From Candidatus Omnitrophota bacterium (GTDB lineage: Bacteria > Omnitrophota > Gorgyraeia > Zapsychrales > JANLHA01): a DNA stretch of 32,000 nt. The DNA lies in the NCBI GenBank assembly GCA_963662715.1, contig OY759724.1:2430001-2462000 (forward strand), read 5' to 3'. Below the pieces are notes generated by a model, which saw only the letters and a list, made by a program, of their open reading frames with translations, made no database searches and was not told where the DNA came from. Positions 1 through 8,322 of the stretch are shown piece by piece (position 1 is the first letter of the stretch; each line of letters begins with the position of its first letter). The position numbers were made by a program, and so were the translations under genes.

Positions 1-1
1 C

Positions 2-211
2 CTCTCTTTCCCGGAAGAAATGACGGCGGAGTCCCACCCTGAACTTGTCGTCATGTTATGGAAATTCTTGCGTAAAGAATTCCAGACAACAATTGTCGGA
101 CTTTGTTACAAAGCAACCTATGATGAGGAATTCCGCCTGAAATGGAGTGCGAAATCTGTAAAAGCCGCCCAATTATTAAGAGAGGTTTTCCGCCAGCTGG
201 AACACCCATAA
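2..211 (+). CDS. 3' end of a CDS that probably starts upstream of the window; hypothetical protein
   Basis: The frame of the listed ORF 20..211 stays open back to position 2 with no stop, so the gene may be truncated by the window edge. I recognise no domain. Confidence 0.3.
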   Translation, partial: LSFPEEMTAESHPELVVMLWKFLRKEFQTTIVGLCYKATYDEEFRLKWSAKSVKAAQLLREVFRQLEHP

Positions 212-362
212 TATACCCACAATATCCCCGCTGAATTCATTTGTCCCTTTCAGAATCTTTCTAAAAAAGTACAGTATATTATCGATTAAAGGCTTTTTCT
301 ATGTTATCTTTATCTATTAGGATAACAGATTATTAAATATTAACCTTATTTTGAGGTGAAAT

Positions 363-1796
363 ATGTCATATAAGATCAAACTCACGTCCTTTGAAAATGC
401 TTCGCTTCTGCGCAAGTTATCAATTTTATATTTTTTGATGTCCATTATCCCCATCGCCTTTCTGTATTTTTTGTACCTGCAGTTGGTGGATTTCGGCCGG
501 ATCACTATTGACGAAGAGAGATTCAGCTCAATATTTTTCCTGGTCGTTCTCGGGGTTGCCGTCGGATATATTGCGATGCGTTCTATTATTGTCAGTATTA
601 TTGATATCACGCGGGAAAACAGAAATGCCTTAAAAGAATTGCTGGGGCCGGATAAGATTAAAGCCCTTTCGGAAGACAGCAGTAACGAAATTGCCATCCT
701 CGCCAAATCGTTTAATGAAATTACGAACCGGCTGGAAGAGAATATCCGGAATCTGGAATTAGCCAAAAGAACGCTGCATTCGGTTTTAGCTAAAGTCGGG
801 GAAGGTATTTCATCCATGGATAATATCGACAGTTTTTTAAGCCTGATCCTGGAAACTGTCACCGAAGCTCTTTCCGCCAAGAGGGGGGTGCTGCTCTTAA
901 GAGATGAAAAGCGGGATGATTTTTATTTGAAGTCCATTTACGGGAAATCCCTTGACAAGACAAAGCAGATCCGTATTGATTTATATGACAGCGTCTTTAA
1001 GGAGGCGGTTACAGCTCATCAGCCCGTTGTTTTGAAGAGTATCCCGAAAGACACGCTGCAAGGCCTTTTGCGCGCTCCGGTCCTTTGCGCTCCGCTGCTT
1101 CTTCACGACCATCCTTTAGGGGTCATAGCCGTTTCGGACAGGGCGACAGAGGAGCCTTTTGATGAGGAGGAAATGAACCTTCTTAACAATCTGGCTTTGC
1201 AGACGGCTGTCGCTGTCGAGAATTCCAGGCTGAACGAAGATGCGGAGAAAACCTATTTTGAGACGATCTCGGCCCTCGCGTTAGCCGTTGAAGCAAAAGA
1301 CCCTTATTCCCGCGGCCATTCTGAGCGCGTTGCGAATTTTTCTGTTATCATTGCTCAGGAAATGGGGTTGACGCAGGAAGATATTATTACTTTGCGTGAT
1401 GCAGCCAAACTGCACGATCTCGGCAAGATCGGGGTCGTTGACAAGATTTTAAAGAAACCCGGGCCGTTGACAGCGCCGGAGATGGAAATGATGAAAAAAC
1501 ATCCGGAAATAGGCGAGGGGATCATTAAGCCGATCCGGTCTTTAAAGAAGCTGTGTGATCTCATTCGTCATCATCACGAAAAACTGGACGGAAGCGGCTA
1601 CCCGGACGGTTTGCTCAGTTCGCAAATTCAGCCGCTTGTTCGTGTCCTTCAGGTTGCGGACATCTACGACGCGTTAACAACGAACCGCCCTTATCGTGAT
1701 CCTTTTACTCCTCAACAGGCGATCGATACATTGAAGTCCATGAAGGACCAGGTGGATATTAAAGTCGTTGAGGTGCTGGAAAGGGTCATTCAATAA
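363..1796 (+). CDS. HAMP-GAF-HD-GYP domain protein, a likely c-di-GMP phosphodiesterase or signalling protein
   Basis: SD-like GAGGTG lies 5 nt upstream of the ATG. There is an N-terminal TM segment. HAMP-like motif NEIAILAKSFNEITNRLEE. GAF-like core LLLRDEKRDDFYL...PLGVIAVSDR. Diagnostic HD-GYP motifs HDLGKIGV and HHHEKLDGSGYPDGL. Confidence 0.9.
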   Translation: MSYKIKLTSFENASLLRKLSILYFLMSIIPIAFLYFLYLQLVDFGRITIDEERFSSIFFLVVLGVAVGYIAMRSIIVSIIDITRENRNALKELLGPDKIKALSEDSSNEIAILAKSFNEITNRLEENIRNLELAKRTLHSVLAKVGEGISSMDNIDSFLSLILETVTEALSAKRGVLLLRDEKRDDFYLKSIYGKSLDKTKQIRIDLYDSVFKEAVTAHQPVVLKSIPKDTLQGLLRAPVLCAPLLLHDHPLGVIAVSDRATEEPFDEEEMNLLNNLALQTAVAVENSRLNEDAEKTYFETISALALAVEAKDPYSRGHSERVANFSVIIAQEMGLTQEDIITLRDAAKLHDLGKIGVVDKILKKPGPLTAPEMEMMKKHPEIGEGIIKPIRSLKKLCDLIRHHHEKLDGSGYPDGLLSSQIQPLVRVLQVADIYDALTTNRPYRDPFTPQQAIDTLKSMKDQVDIKVVEVLERVIQ

Positions 1797-1973
1797 TTAA
1801 AAATACTTTAAGCATGTTATCAAGGGGCCTTGGTCGATGAGGGTTCCTTGTTTTTATGCTTTTGAATCCTCCCCAGTGAGGTATAATACCAGAATAAAAA
1901 TGTTTTCATTCAGAAGCGGATTCCACACCGCTTTTCATGACGCTGTATCCTGAAATCCGCAGCGCAGATTATC

Positions 1974-3221
1974 ATGGGTAAGAAAAAAAAGAAACATCCC
2001 AAAATCAAGAAACCCAAAATCCCTCTGGCAGGGCGCATTGTTCTTGTTTACTATATCGTCCTGATTCTCCTGGTTGTTCTGACGATCCAGATGGGAGAGC
2101 CGGTTTCCGGAAAGGCGGAAGATGCTCCGTTACGCTGGGTGGATGTCATCAGGTTTGTGTATTATATCTTGCCTGTCCTGCTGGCTTTCATGTATGGTTT
2201 TATTTTCCGTCCTTTTTGGTCAAGATTCCGCGATATGTTAGTGGTTATTATTGTGATTCACGGTATTTACAGTTTGTCTGTTTATACTTTCCGGGTGATG
2301 TATTTTGAACATCTGCAAGACGAATCTTTCCGGCTGAAACTGGCGGATTATTCCATATTCCGGGTCCAGCACCGGATGCTGGATAAAAGCAAAGACGGGT
2401 TGATAGACCGGGTTGAATTCAGGGCGAGCCTTGATGCCGCGGAATTTCCTCCCGGGCAGTATGTGATTTATGCTAAAATCACTCAAAGAGGCCAGGAATT
2501 CCCCGACAGTATTATCGGCCGACGGCCGTTTCAGATATTTCCGACGAAACAGAAGCCTTTTAGTGTCTATTTTGCCGCTAACCCGCAGCTCTTTGAGCCT
2601 TATTACGAAAGCGGGCATTTTGATCTTAACCTGGGATTACAGCGGGTTGTGGGCGTCGATGAAACAGGGAAGATGCTGCTGTCTTTGTCGCGCTGGTCGC
2701 CTTTTATCCGTTTTACGAGCTGGGATGGGGAAGACCCGGCCATACAGAACGCTGTTATCGATTTAGACTACCGGGAAAATATAGACTCTTTTTATATTAT
2801 GCCGTTAAAATTTCAGTCCCTGCAGGTCAAACTCGCTGGTCATCTTACGGATTTCGGGGTTGACGAAAACGGGAACGGTTTACTTGATGCCCTTGTGGTC
2901 ACGATCCCGCTGGAATCGGAATATGAAGGGGACATTTTTGTGCAGGCCATTATGAGAGGAGCGGATTATCCTTTGACCTTTAATGAGTACCTGAGGCTGG
3001 GTGATAATTTAATACAAATCACAATCGGTTCCGATTATATTCAGGAAATCGGCCAAAACGGTCCGTACGAGTTGATTGATTTTCAGATTTTCAATCAAAA
3101 TCCTGAATGTTTTGATGAAGAATGTGTCAGGCGTATCAAACCGAATTTTATTTTTTACCTGGATGATTATGTGACAAACCCGTATAAGCTGAACCAATTT
3201 GATGCTTTGGCCGATCGGTAG
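1974..3221 (+). CDS. Hypothetical membrane protein with a polybasic N-terminus and several TM helices
   Basis: 415-aa ORF. N-terminus is MGKKKKKHPKIKKPKIP, followed by hydrophobic segments (IVLVYYIVLILLVVLTI, YYILPVLLAFMYGFIF, VVIIVIHGIYSLSVY). The internal antisense and alternate-frame ORFs are shorter. No domain recognised. Confidence 0.6.
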   Translation: MGKKKKKHPKIKKPKIPLAGRIVLVYYIVLILLVVLTIQMGEPVSGKAEDAPLRWVDVIRFVYYILPVLLAFMYGFIFRPFWSRFRDMLVVIIVIHGIYSLSVYTFRVMYFEHLQDESFRLKLADYSIFRVQHRMLDKSKDGLIDRVEFRASLDAAEFPPGQYVIYAKITQRGQEFPDSIIGRRPFQIFPTKQKPFSVYFAANPQLFEPYYESGHFDLNLGLQRVVGVDETGKMLLSLSRWSPFIRFTSWDGEDPAIQNAVIDLDYRENIDSFYIMPLKFQSLQVKLAGHLTDFGVDENGNGLLDALVVTIPLESEYEGDIFVQAIMRGADYPLTFNEYLRLGDNLIQITIGSDYIQEIGQNGPYELIDFQIFNQNPECFDEECVRRIKPNFIFYLDDYVTNPYKLNQFDALADR

Positions 3222-3231
3222 GGGGGGCTTT

Positions 3232-3720
3232 ATGAAGAAATGGCTGTCTGTTGTCCTGAGTGCTGCTGTTGCCTTGGGGGCGATAGTCCATGTCTTCCAG
3301 TTTAACCAGGCCAGAAAAGCCCGTTTTTCAGTTGATGTTTTGCAGCGGTATCTTACGGCTTTGGAATTAATTGCGGGGCAGAAAGTTTTATCCTGGTCAG
3401 ATCTTCCGGATTTTGATATTATTTCTCCGGAATACAGTCTGCAGTTAAAGTCTGCTGATCTGAAGAAGTCCCCGATCCAAAACGGGTATGCCTTTGATAT
3501 GCAATGGAACGGGCAGGATAAGTATGTGATTTCCGCTTCTCCTGTCGGGGTGCTGTCTCCCCGGATCGAATACGGGATTACTGAAAAGGGGATCCTCAGG
3601 GAAAACCGGAATGATGTTGACCCCTTGCCTGATACGTATCATGAAGTCGTTTTGTGGACGCCGATAGACCGTATTGAGCAAATCCGGACGAAGAATGTCC
3701 CCGCATATTTGCGGGATTAA
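3232..3720 (+). CDS. Hypothetical protein with an N-terminal signal or anchor segment
   Basis: I prefer the ATG at 3232 (MKKWLSVVLSAAVALGAIV...), preceded by a G-rich SD-like run GGGGGGG, over the listed start at 3199. It follows the previous gene within 10 nt, suggesting an operon. Confidence 0.55.
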   Translation: MKKWLSVVLSAAVALGAIVHVFQFNQARKARFSVDVLQRYLTALELIAGQKVLSWSDLPDFDIISPEYSLQLKSADLKKSPIQNGYAFDMQWNGQDKYVISASPVGVLSPRIEYGITEKGILRENRNDVDPLPDTYHEVVLWTPIDRIEQIRTKNVPAYLRD

Positions 3721-4002
3721 AATTTTTGAAATTATTGTTATAATATGTAAATGATGCTTTGAAGGGTTATTTCTTTACGGATGGCCATGAGTCTGGTATA
3801 AAGAATTTCTGGTCTTGTAGTATGCTGTGAGCGGTGCAGATGTTTTTAGCCTGGATAGCTGTTCTTTGTTGTCTCTGTCTGTTCTTTTATTCGTGAGACT
3901 CGTTTTTATCTGGGCATGCCTGAGGGGGAGTCGGCCTGCAAGATAAATATTTTTATCCAGTTGAGATATTTTTGTGCCAATTATTTGTCAGGAGAAAGGG
4001 AT

Positions 4003-4554
4003 ATGATGGCGAAGAGAATTATTCTGGTGATTTGTTTGTTTTTATTCGGAGTCTCTGTGCCGGTCTTTGCCAACGAGATTGATATTTCTGTGCAGGGAAG
4101 TGTTTTTGATCAGAATAATGAATATTTTATGGATTTTGGTCAGATTCTTTCAAGAATTAAAAAAATGGACGAGGAGATTCCCGTACAGGCCGAATATGAG
4201 ACCGAGGCCCAGTATGAGGCAAGAATTCAGCCTTTTAAAGATAAGTTGGCAGAAATTTATGATTCGGAATACAATGTTTCACTTAAACCCAAAAGTTTCC
4301 CTTACGGAGAGGGTAAGGAATTTTACCGGTTTGTTCTGCGGTTCCCTTTCGCTATTTACAGAAAGGATGATTTTTCCAAGACAGAATCATTAGAATACGT
4401 GTATGAAGTCCCTTATAATGATGTAAATACTATCGCAGGGAAAATGGCCAATATGAAATTCATGCTGTACTTTAAAATTAAAGAAGACAAGACCGTGTCG
4501 ATTCGCAGAGCCGTGTTGATTGTTGATAATAAGAAAGTCCATGAATGGGACTGA
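4003..4554 (+). CDS. Secreted hypothetical protein
   Basis: AGGAGA SD lies upstream of the ATG at 4003. The signal peptide is MMAKRIILVICLFLFGVSVPVFA. The listed start at 3916 has no signal peptide or SD. Confidence 0.6.
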   Translation: MMAKRIILVICLFLFGVSVPVFANEIDISVQGSVFDQNNEYFMDFGQILSRIKKMDEEIPVQAEYETEAQYEARIQPFKDKLAEIYDSEYNVSLKPKSFPYGEGKEFYRFVLRFPFAIYRKDDFSKTESLEYVYEVPYNDVNTIAGKMANMKFMLYFKIKEDKTVSIRRAVLIVDNKKVHEWD

Positions 4555-4625
4555 GGAAAGCCCATGATGGACAATTGAATATATAAAGCCCCCCATAAGA
4601 ATCAACCAATAAACGGGAGGGAAGA

Positions 4626-5423
4626 ATGAAAAGGAACATTTGTTTTGTCGCGTGGCTTCTTATGGGTGTTGTTATGTGGGTGGGTGAAGCAGGGGCCTGT
4701 AAAACTATTGCTCCGGAAGTGATGTCTAAAGGAGTCCAGTTTGTCCGGGAGAGAAAACCTCAGGAAGCGATTAGGGAATTTAATAAAGGGTTAGCGGACG
4801 GTTATCATAACCGCGGTGAAGCCTACCAGATAGCGGGCCGCTGGAATGAAGCGATGGCAGATTATAGTAAAGCTGCCATCTTGAACCCGAATGATTCACG
4901 GCCTTTTTACGGCCGGGCGCAGTATTATGCGGTGCAGGGGAGATTCGTTGATGCTCTGGAAGAATTAAACAGAGCCATTGCTATTAATGATTCTTCTTCC
5001 AAGGGGTATGTCCCGATGAGGGCCTGGATTTATGGCATGACCGGGGAGCTGGATTTTGCCCTTAAAGACTACAATCGTATTCTTGCGAATATTCCTGTGC
5101 AGCAAAAAAAGCCTATATATTTAGCCCAGCGCGGTTTTGTTTATTATTATAAAGGTGATTTTGAGAAGGCCTTGGCTGACTTCAATGCCGCTCTTAGTCT
5201 TAATCCCGGTGTGACTTTTGCGTATTTTGGACGGAGTTTGACTTATGCCATGCTGGGCCAGCAGGAAAAGGCTAAGGCTGATCTGGAGAGAGTCCGCCAG
5301 ATCAATGACGGGCTGGCCAGGCATTACTGGCAAAGGTCCAAAGATCTTCGTCATTATGGCCTGAAGAAAAAAGCGGACGAATATATAAAGTACGCGATTA
5401 TGATAGATCCTTCGTTAAATTAA
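4626..5423 (+). CDS. Secreted TPR-repeat protein
   Basis: GGGAGGG SD. Signal peptide MKRNICFVAWLLMGVVMWVGEAGA. Repeated 34-aa TPR signatures are present (e.g. YHNRGEAYQIAGRWNEAMADYSKAAILNPND, FYGRAQYYAVQGRFVDALEELNRAIAIND, YLAQRGFVYYYKGDFEKALADFNAALSLNP). Confidence 0.8.
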   Translation: MKRNICFVAWLLMGVVMWVGEAGACKTIAPEVMSKGVQFVRERKPQEAIREFNKGLADGYHNRGEAYQIAGRWNEAMADYSKAAILNPNDSRPFYGRAQYYAVQGRFVDALEELNRAIAINDSSSKGYVPMRAWIYGMTGELDFALKDYNRILANIPVQQKKPIYLAQRGFVYYYKGDFEKALADFNAALSLNPGVTFAYFGRSLTYAMLGQQEKAKADLERVRQINDGLARHYWQRSKDLRHYGLKKKADEYIKYAIMIDPSLN

Positions 5424-5473
5424 ATAAATTAAAGGGCTAAATTAAAGGACCAGTCCCCAAAAAGGGACAGGGC

Positions 5474-6168
5474 GTGGTTGGCCCGCTGTGCTGAATAAAA
5501 TTTGTGGAAGCGGGCACATTCTGGAATACGTTTCTGCGAAGTTATTGAAGGATATTGTTGATTACTGCTATTTCTGGAGAGATGCGAGAGTGGTTGGCCC
5601 GCTGTGCTGAATAAAATTTGTGGAAGCGGGCACATTCTGGAATACGTTTCTGCGAAGTTATTGAAGGATATTGTTGATTACTGCTATTTCTGGAGAGATG
5701 CGAGAGTGGTTGGCCCGCTGTGCTGAATAAAATTTGTGGAAGCGGGCACATTCTGGAATACGTTTCTGCGAAGTTATTGAAGGATATTGTTGATTACTGC
5801 TATTTCTGGAGAGATGCGAGAGTGGTTGGCCCGCTGTGCTGAATAAAATTTGTGGAAGCGGGCACATTCTGGAATACGTTTCTGCGAAGTTATTGAAGGA
5901 TATTGTTGATTACTGCCATTCATGGAGAGATGCGAGAGTGGTTGGCCCGCTGTGCTGAATAAAATTTGTGGAAGCGGGCACATTCTGGAATACGTTTCTG
6001 CGAAGTTATTGAAGGATATTATTGATTACTGCCATTCATGGAGAGATGCGAGAGTGGTTGGCCGATTGAGCTGGGATGACGGCTTGACAGATTTTTGAGG
6101 AAATCGGCACATTCTGGAATACGTTTCTGCGAAGTTATTGAAGGATATTGTTGATTACTGCCATTCAT
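5474..6168. repeat. Tandem array of 116-bp units, each made of a tRNA-Ser leader, the first 21 nt of tRNA-Ser and a 7-bp-stem hairpin
   Basis: Unit starts (GGAGAGATGCGAGAGTGGTTG) are at 5576, 5692, 5808, 5924 and 6040, spaced exactly 116 bp apart. A partial unit spans 5474-5575. The last unit is a 129-bp variant. The genuine tRNA starts at 6169 with the same 21 nt. Units are near-identical apart from the leader variant CTGCTATTTCT versus CTGCCATTCAT. Confidence 0.92.
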
Positions 6169-6257
6169 GGAGAGATGCGAGAGTGGTTGAATCGGGCGGT
6201 CTCGAAAACCGTTGTGCCTTTTAGGTACCCAGGGTTCGAATCCCTGTCTCTCCGCCA
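6169..6257 (+). tRNA. tRNA-Ser (anticodon CGA), class II with a long variable arm and encoded CCA
   Basis: Manual cloverleaf. Acceptor GGAGAGA/TCTCTCC. D-stem CGA/TCG with a GG-containing loop. Anticodon stem GCGGT/ACCGT with loop CT-CGA-AA. Variable arm GTGCC-TTTTA-GGTAC. T-arm CAGGG-TTCGAAT-CCCTG. Discriminator G followed by CCA. Confidence 0.9.
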
Positions 6258-6266
6258 TATAATTTT

Positions 6267-6318
6267 AGGAACTCGTAACATATTGATTGCATTTATGTTA
6301 CGGGTTCCTTTTTCTTTT
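6267..6318 (+). terminator. Rho-independent terminator of tRNA-Ser
   Basis: 15-bp stem AGGAACTCGTAACAT / ATGTTACGGGTTCCT with one G.U pair and a 13-nt loop, followed by TTTTCTTTT. Confidence 0.8.
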
Positions 6319-6450
6319 AGAGTCGCTTTAGTGCCCAAACTGAGCCTAGACATCAAAAGTATATATTAAGGTAAAAGTGAGTTGTCATTCGACAAGTCTG
6401 GAATTTGGTCCCAAAGAGTGGAATTAGAGGATAAGAAATTTTTTATCAAA

Positions 6451-6520
6451 GTTAAAAAAAGTCAACAGGAAGTATAGCCAGCCTATACCATTTTATTCAA
6501 ATTGGAATATAATAGGACAG
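6451..6520 (+). promoter_or_regulatory. Conserved ~70-bp upstream element, copy 1, containing a TATAAT-like box
   Basis: Ungapped alignment to 15631-15700 gives about 50/70 identities, including GTTAA-AAAAGTCA, CAGCCTATA and ATTTTATT..AATT..ATATAATA. It lies about 80 bp upstream of the lectin gene start. Confidence 0.35.
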
Positions 6521-6600
6521 ACTTTTTGAAATAGTTGTTAGTCTATCGGGGATAAGGTAAATTTAAAACAATAAAATAAGTGCAGACAAAGGAGATTAGA

Positions 6601-7218
6601 ATGAAAAAACTATTCTGTAATTTTCTTATTTCATTTTTTATATTTGCGCTGTCTCAGTCCGCTTCAGCGATGCCGGTCATTTGGAGTGGAAACGGACATG
6701 CTTATGAGCTTATTTCTTCAAATTTGACATGGCAGGAGGCCAGGGCAGCCACCCAAACACTCACGGCCCCGGAGGGCTTTCAACAGGGACATTTGGCCAC
6801 ATTTTCAGATGCGGAGGAAGAAAATTTTGTTATATCTTATTTTGGAGATGAGTTAAGTGGCGCATGGTTCGGTTTTACGGATGAATTACTAGAGGGAGAG
6901 TGGAGATGGATTGATGGGACTCCAGGTATTTGGCAAGATCCGGACAACTTTTCTGCTCCTATCCAAACCGCATATACCAACTGGCGTCCCAGTACGAGCG
7001 AACCTAATAATGAGCTTGGGGAAGATTATGCCGTCTTTTCCCTTTTCGATACCCCTGTTTTAAAATGGAATGATTTGGATAATGACAGAGGATTTTACGA
7101 CGGTTATTTGGTCGAGTATAGCCCCGGTTCACCGGTTATCCCGGAACCGACCACCTTGTTTATGTTTAGTGTGGGAATAACAGGTCTTTGTTTCCATAGA
7201 AAAAGTCGGCTACCATAG
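6601..7218 (+). CDS. C-type lectin domain protein with a PEP-CTERM sorting signal
   Basis: AAGGAG SD lies before the ATG at 6601. Signal peptide MKKLFCNFLISFFIFALSQSASA. CTLD hallmarks are WQEARA, GHLATFSDAEEENFV, WFGFTDELLEGEWRWIDGTP, an EPN motif and a WND motif. The C-terminus has PEP, then a TM segment (TTLFMFSVGITGLCF), then a basic tail HRKSR. Confidence 0.85.
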   Translation: MKKLFCNFLISFFIFALSQSASAMPVIWSGNGHAYELISSNLTWQEARAATQTLTAPEGFQQGHLATFSDAEEENFVISYFGDELSGAWFGFTDELLEGEWRWIDGTPGIWQDPDNFSAPIQTAYTNWRPSTSEPNNELGEDYAVFSLFDTPVLKWNDLDNDRGFYDGYLVEYSPGSPVIPEPTTLFMFSVGITGLCFHRKSRLP

Positions 7219-7353
7219 AGTAAAGGCCTATCACTGTCCGGACAGCAAGAAGCCGTCAGAGATCGACGCTGTTTAGTGTATATGTTGAAATATTAATAGT
7301 TTATCCCCGATGATGCCAGGTCCATTGGTGGAAAAGATTGGCCAGCATAATCT

Positions 7354-8322
7354 ATGAAAAGCAATTTAGATAATCTTGTCGAAGATCTAAAAACCTCCAA
7401 TTTAGCTGTATTCGTTGGCGCTGGTGTGACTTGTGAAGTTACGGGTGTTACATGGAAAGAACTTGTGTCGAATTTGCTGAAGAGCGCTGTCAATGCTTTC
7501 TTTGCTGGGGAACGGGATAAAGGCGACCCTGATGAACTGATATCTTGGCTGGACCGGAAGAAAAAGGATTGCTCTTTTACACAATATGAACAAGCGACAT
7601 TAATTAGGCGTTTTTGGGGCGACCAGTATTTGTACCGCTTACAGGCTGAAATATATAAAAAGCAAAGAAGTTTTTCAAAAGAAGAGTTGCCTAAATACCC
7701 TATGCTTCAAAGAGTCGCAGAGTTATGCCTTCGCCGTGCTTCCGTTGTAATTAATTACAACTATGATTTTTTCCTGGATCAGGCCATGAAGGCCCTTGAG
7801 CAAGACGGCCCGCAAACCGAAATCATTTTTGGGCCGGTAGACCTGAGGAAGAAAGTGTCTGTGAAAAAGAGGATGTTGCCAGTTTATCATGTCCATGGCA
7901 GATTGGTGCCGAGTGAGATCCCACCCAACGGGGTCGAGGCGGCCATAGTACTATGTCAGGAAGATTATTTTAAGATGATGCTGGAGCCATTTTGCTGGCA
8001 AACCGTCACGCAGGTGCAATGCTTAAGAGACTATACTTGTCTTTTTGTGGGAACGTCATTAACCGATTTGAATATGCTGCGAATGCTGCAGCATGCTTAT
8101 GCGTATAAGGCTACCCATAGTGCTTATGTTGTTTTTTCTGCCGATAATTTGGTTAAGGATAGAAAGCTTAAGAAAATGAAACAAAGGGTTTATTCTACCT
8201 TATTGGATGATATGGGAGTGCGGATTATTTTAAGTGACGGCGGCTTATCGCAACTGCCACAAAAAATTGAAGAGTTAAATAACCGGCTGGACAAGGAGGT
8301 GCTGTCCAATGACCAAAAGTAA
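7354..8322 (+). CDS. SIR2-like (SIR2_2 family) protein, a putative NAD+-consuming effector
   Basis: Motifs appear in canonical SIR2_2 order: LAVFVGAGVT (Rossmann GAG), VINYNYDFFLDQ (TTNYD-like, Asn retained), VYHVHGRL (LHG-like, His retained), IVLCQEDY, and LFVGTSLTDLNMLRML (FxGxSLxD). The protein is 322 aa and is essentially the SIR2 domain alone. Confidence 0.8.
   Translation: MKSNLDNLVEDLKTSNLAVFVGAGVTCEVTGVTWKELVSNLLKSAVNAFFAGERDKGDPDELISWLDRKKKDCSFTQYEQATLIRRFWGDQYLYRLQAEIYKKQRSFSKEELPKYPMLQRVAELCLRRASVVINYNYDFFLDQAMKALEQDGPQTEIIFGPVDLRKKVSVKKRMLPVYHVHGRLVPSEIPPNGVEAAIVLCQEDYFKMMLEPFCWQTVTQVQCLRDYTCLFVGTSLTDLNMLRMLQHAYAYKATHSAYVVFSADNLVKDRKLKKMKQRVYSTLLDDMGVRIILSDGGLSQLPQKIEELNNRLDKEVLSNDQK

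Noticed and set aside
5450-5460. CCAGTCCCCAA occurs just after the TPR gene stop and again at 10178-10188 just after the KaiC-like gene stop. These could be att-like direct repeats bracketing tRNA, lectin, SIR2 and KaiC.
   Set aside because: Only 11 nt match perfectly, or 14 of 15 if extended. By a rough estimate, dozens of such matches are expected by chance in 32 kb. There is no integrase and no relation to the tRNA sequence.
5474-6168. Could the regularly spaced repeats be a CRISPR array?
   Set aside because: The whole 116-bp unit is repeated nearly identically, so there are no unique spacers between short repeats. No cas genes are present. It is a plain tandem repeat.
6220-6257. I searched by eye downstream for a second copy of the tRNA-Ser 3' end, which would delimit an integrated element.
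   Set aside because: I found nothing longer than an 8-nt match (GTCTCTCC near 21209). This does not support a defined att site within this window, though a visual search is not exhaustive.
5429-6258. A series of near-identical 68-79-aa minus-strand ORFs (MCPLPQILFSTAGQPLSHLS...) across the repeat array and the tRNA.
   Set aside because: These ORFs arise only because the same 116-bp unit, which has no stop in that frame, is read repeatedly. They run antisense through a bona fide tRNA gene. They have no SD and no recognisable protein features.
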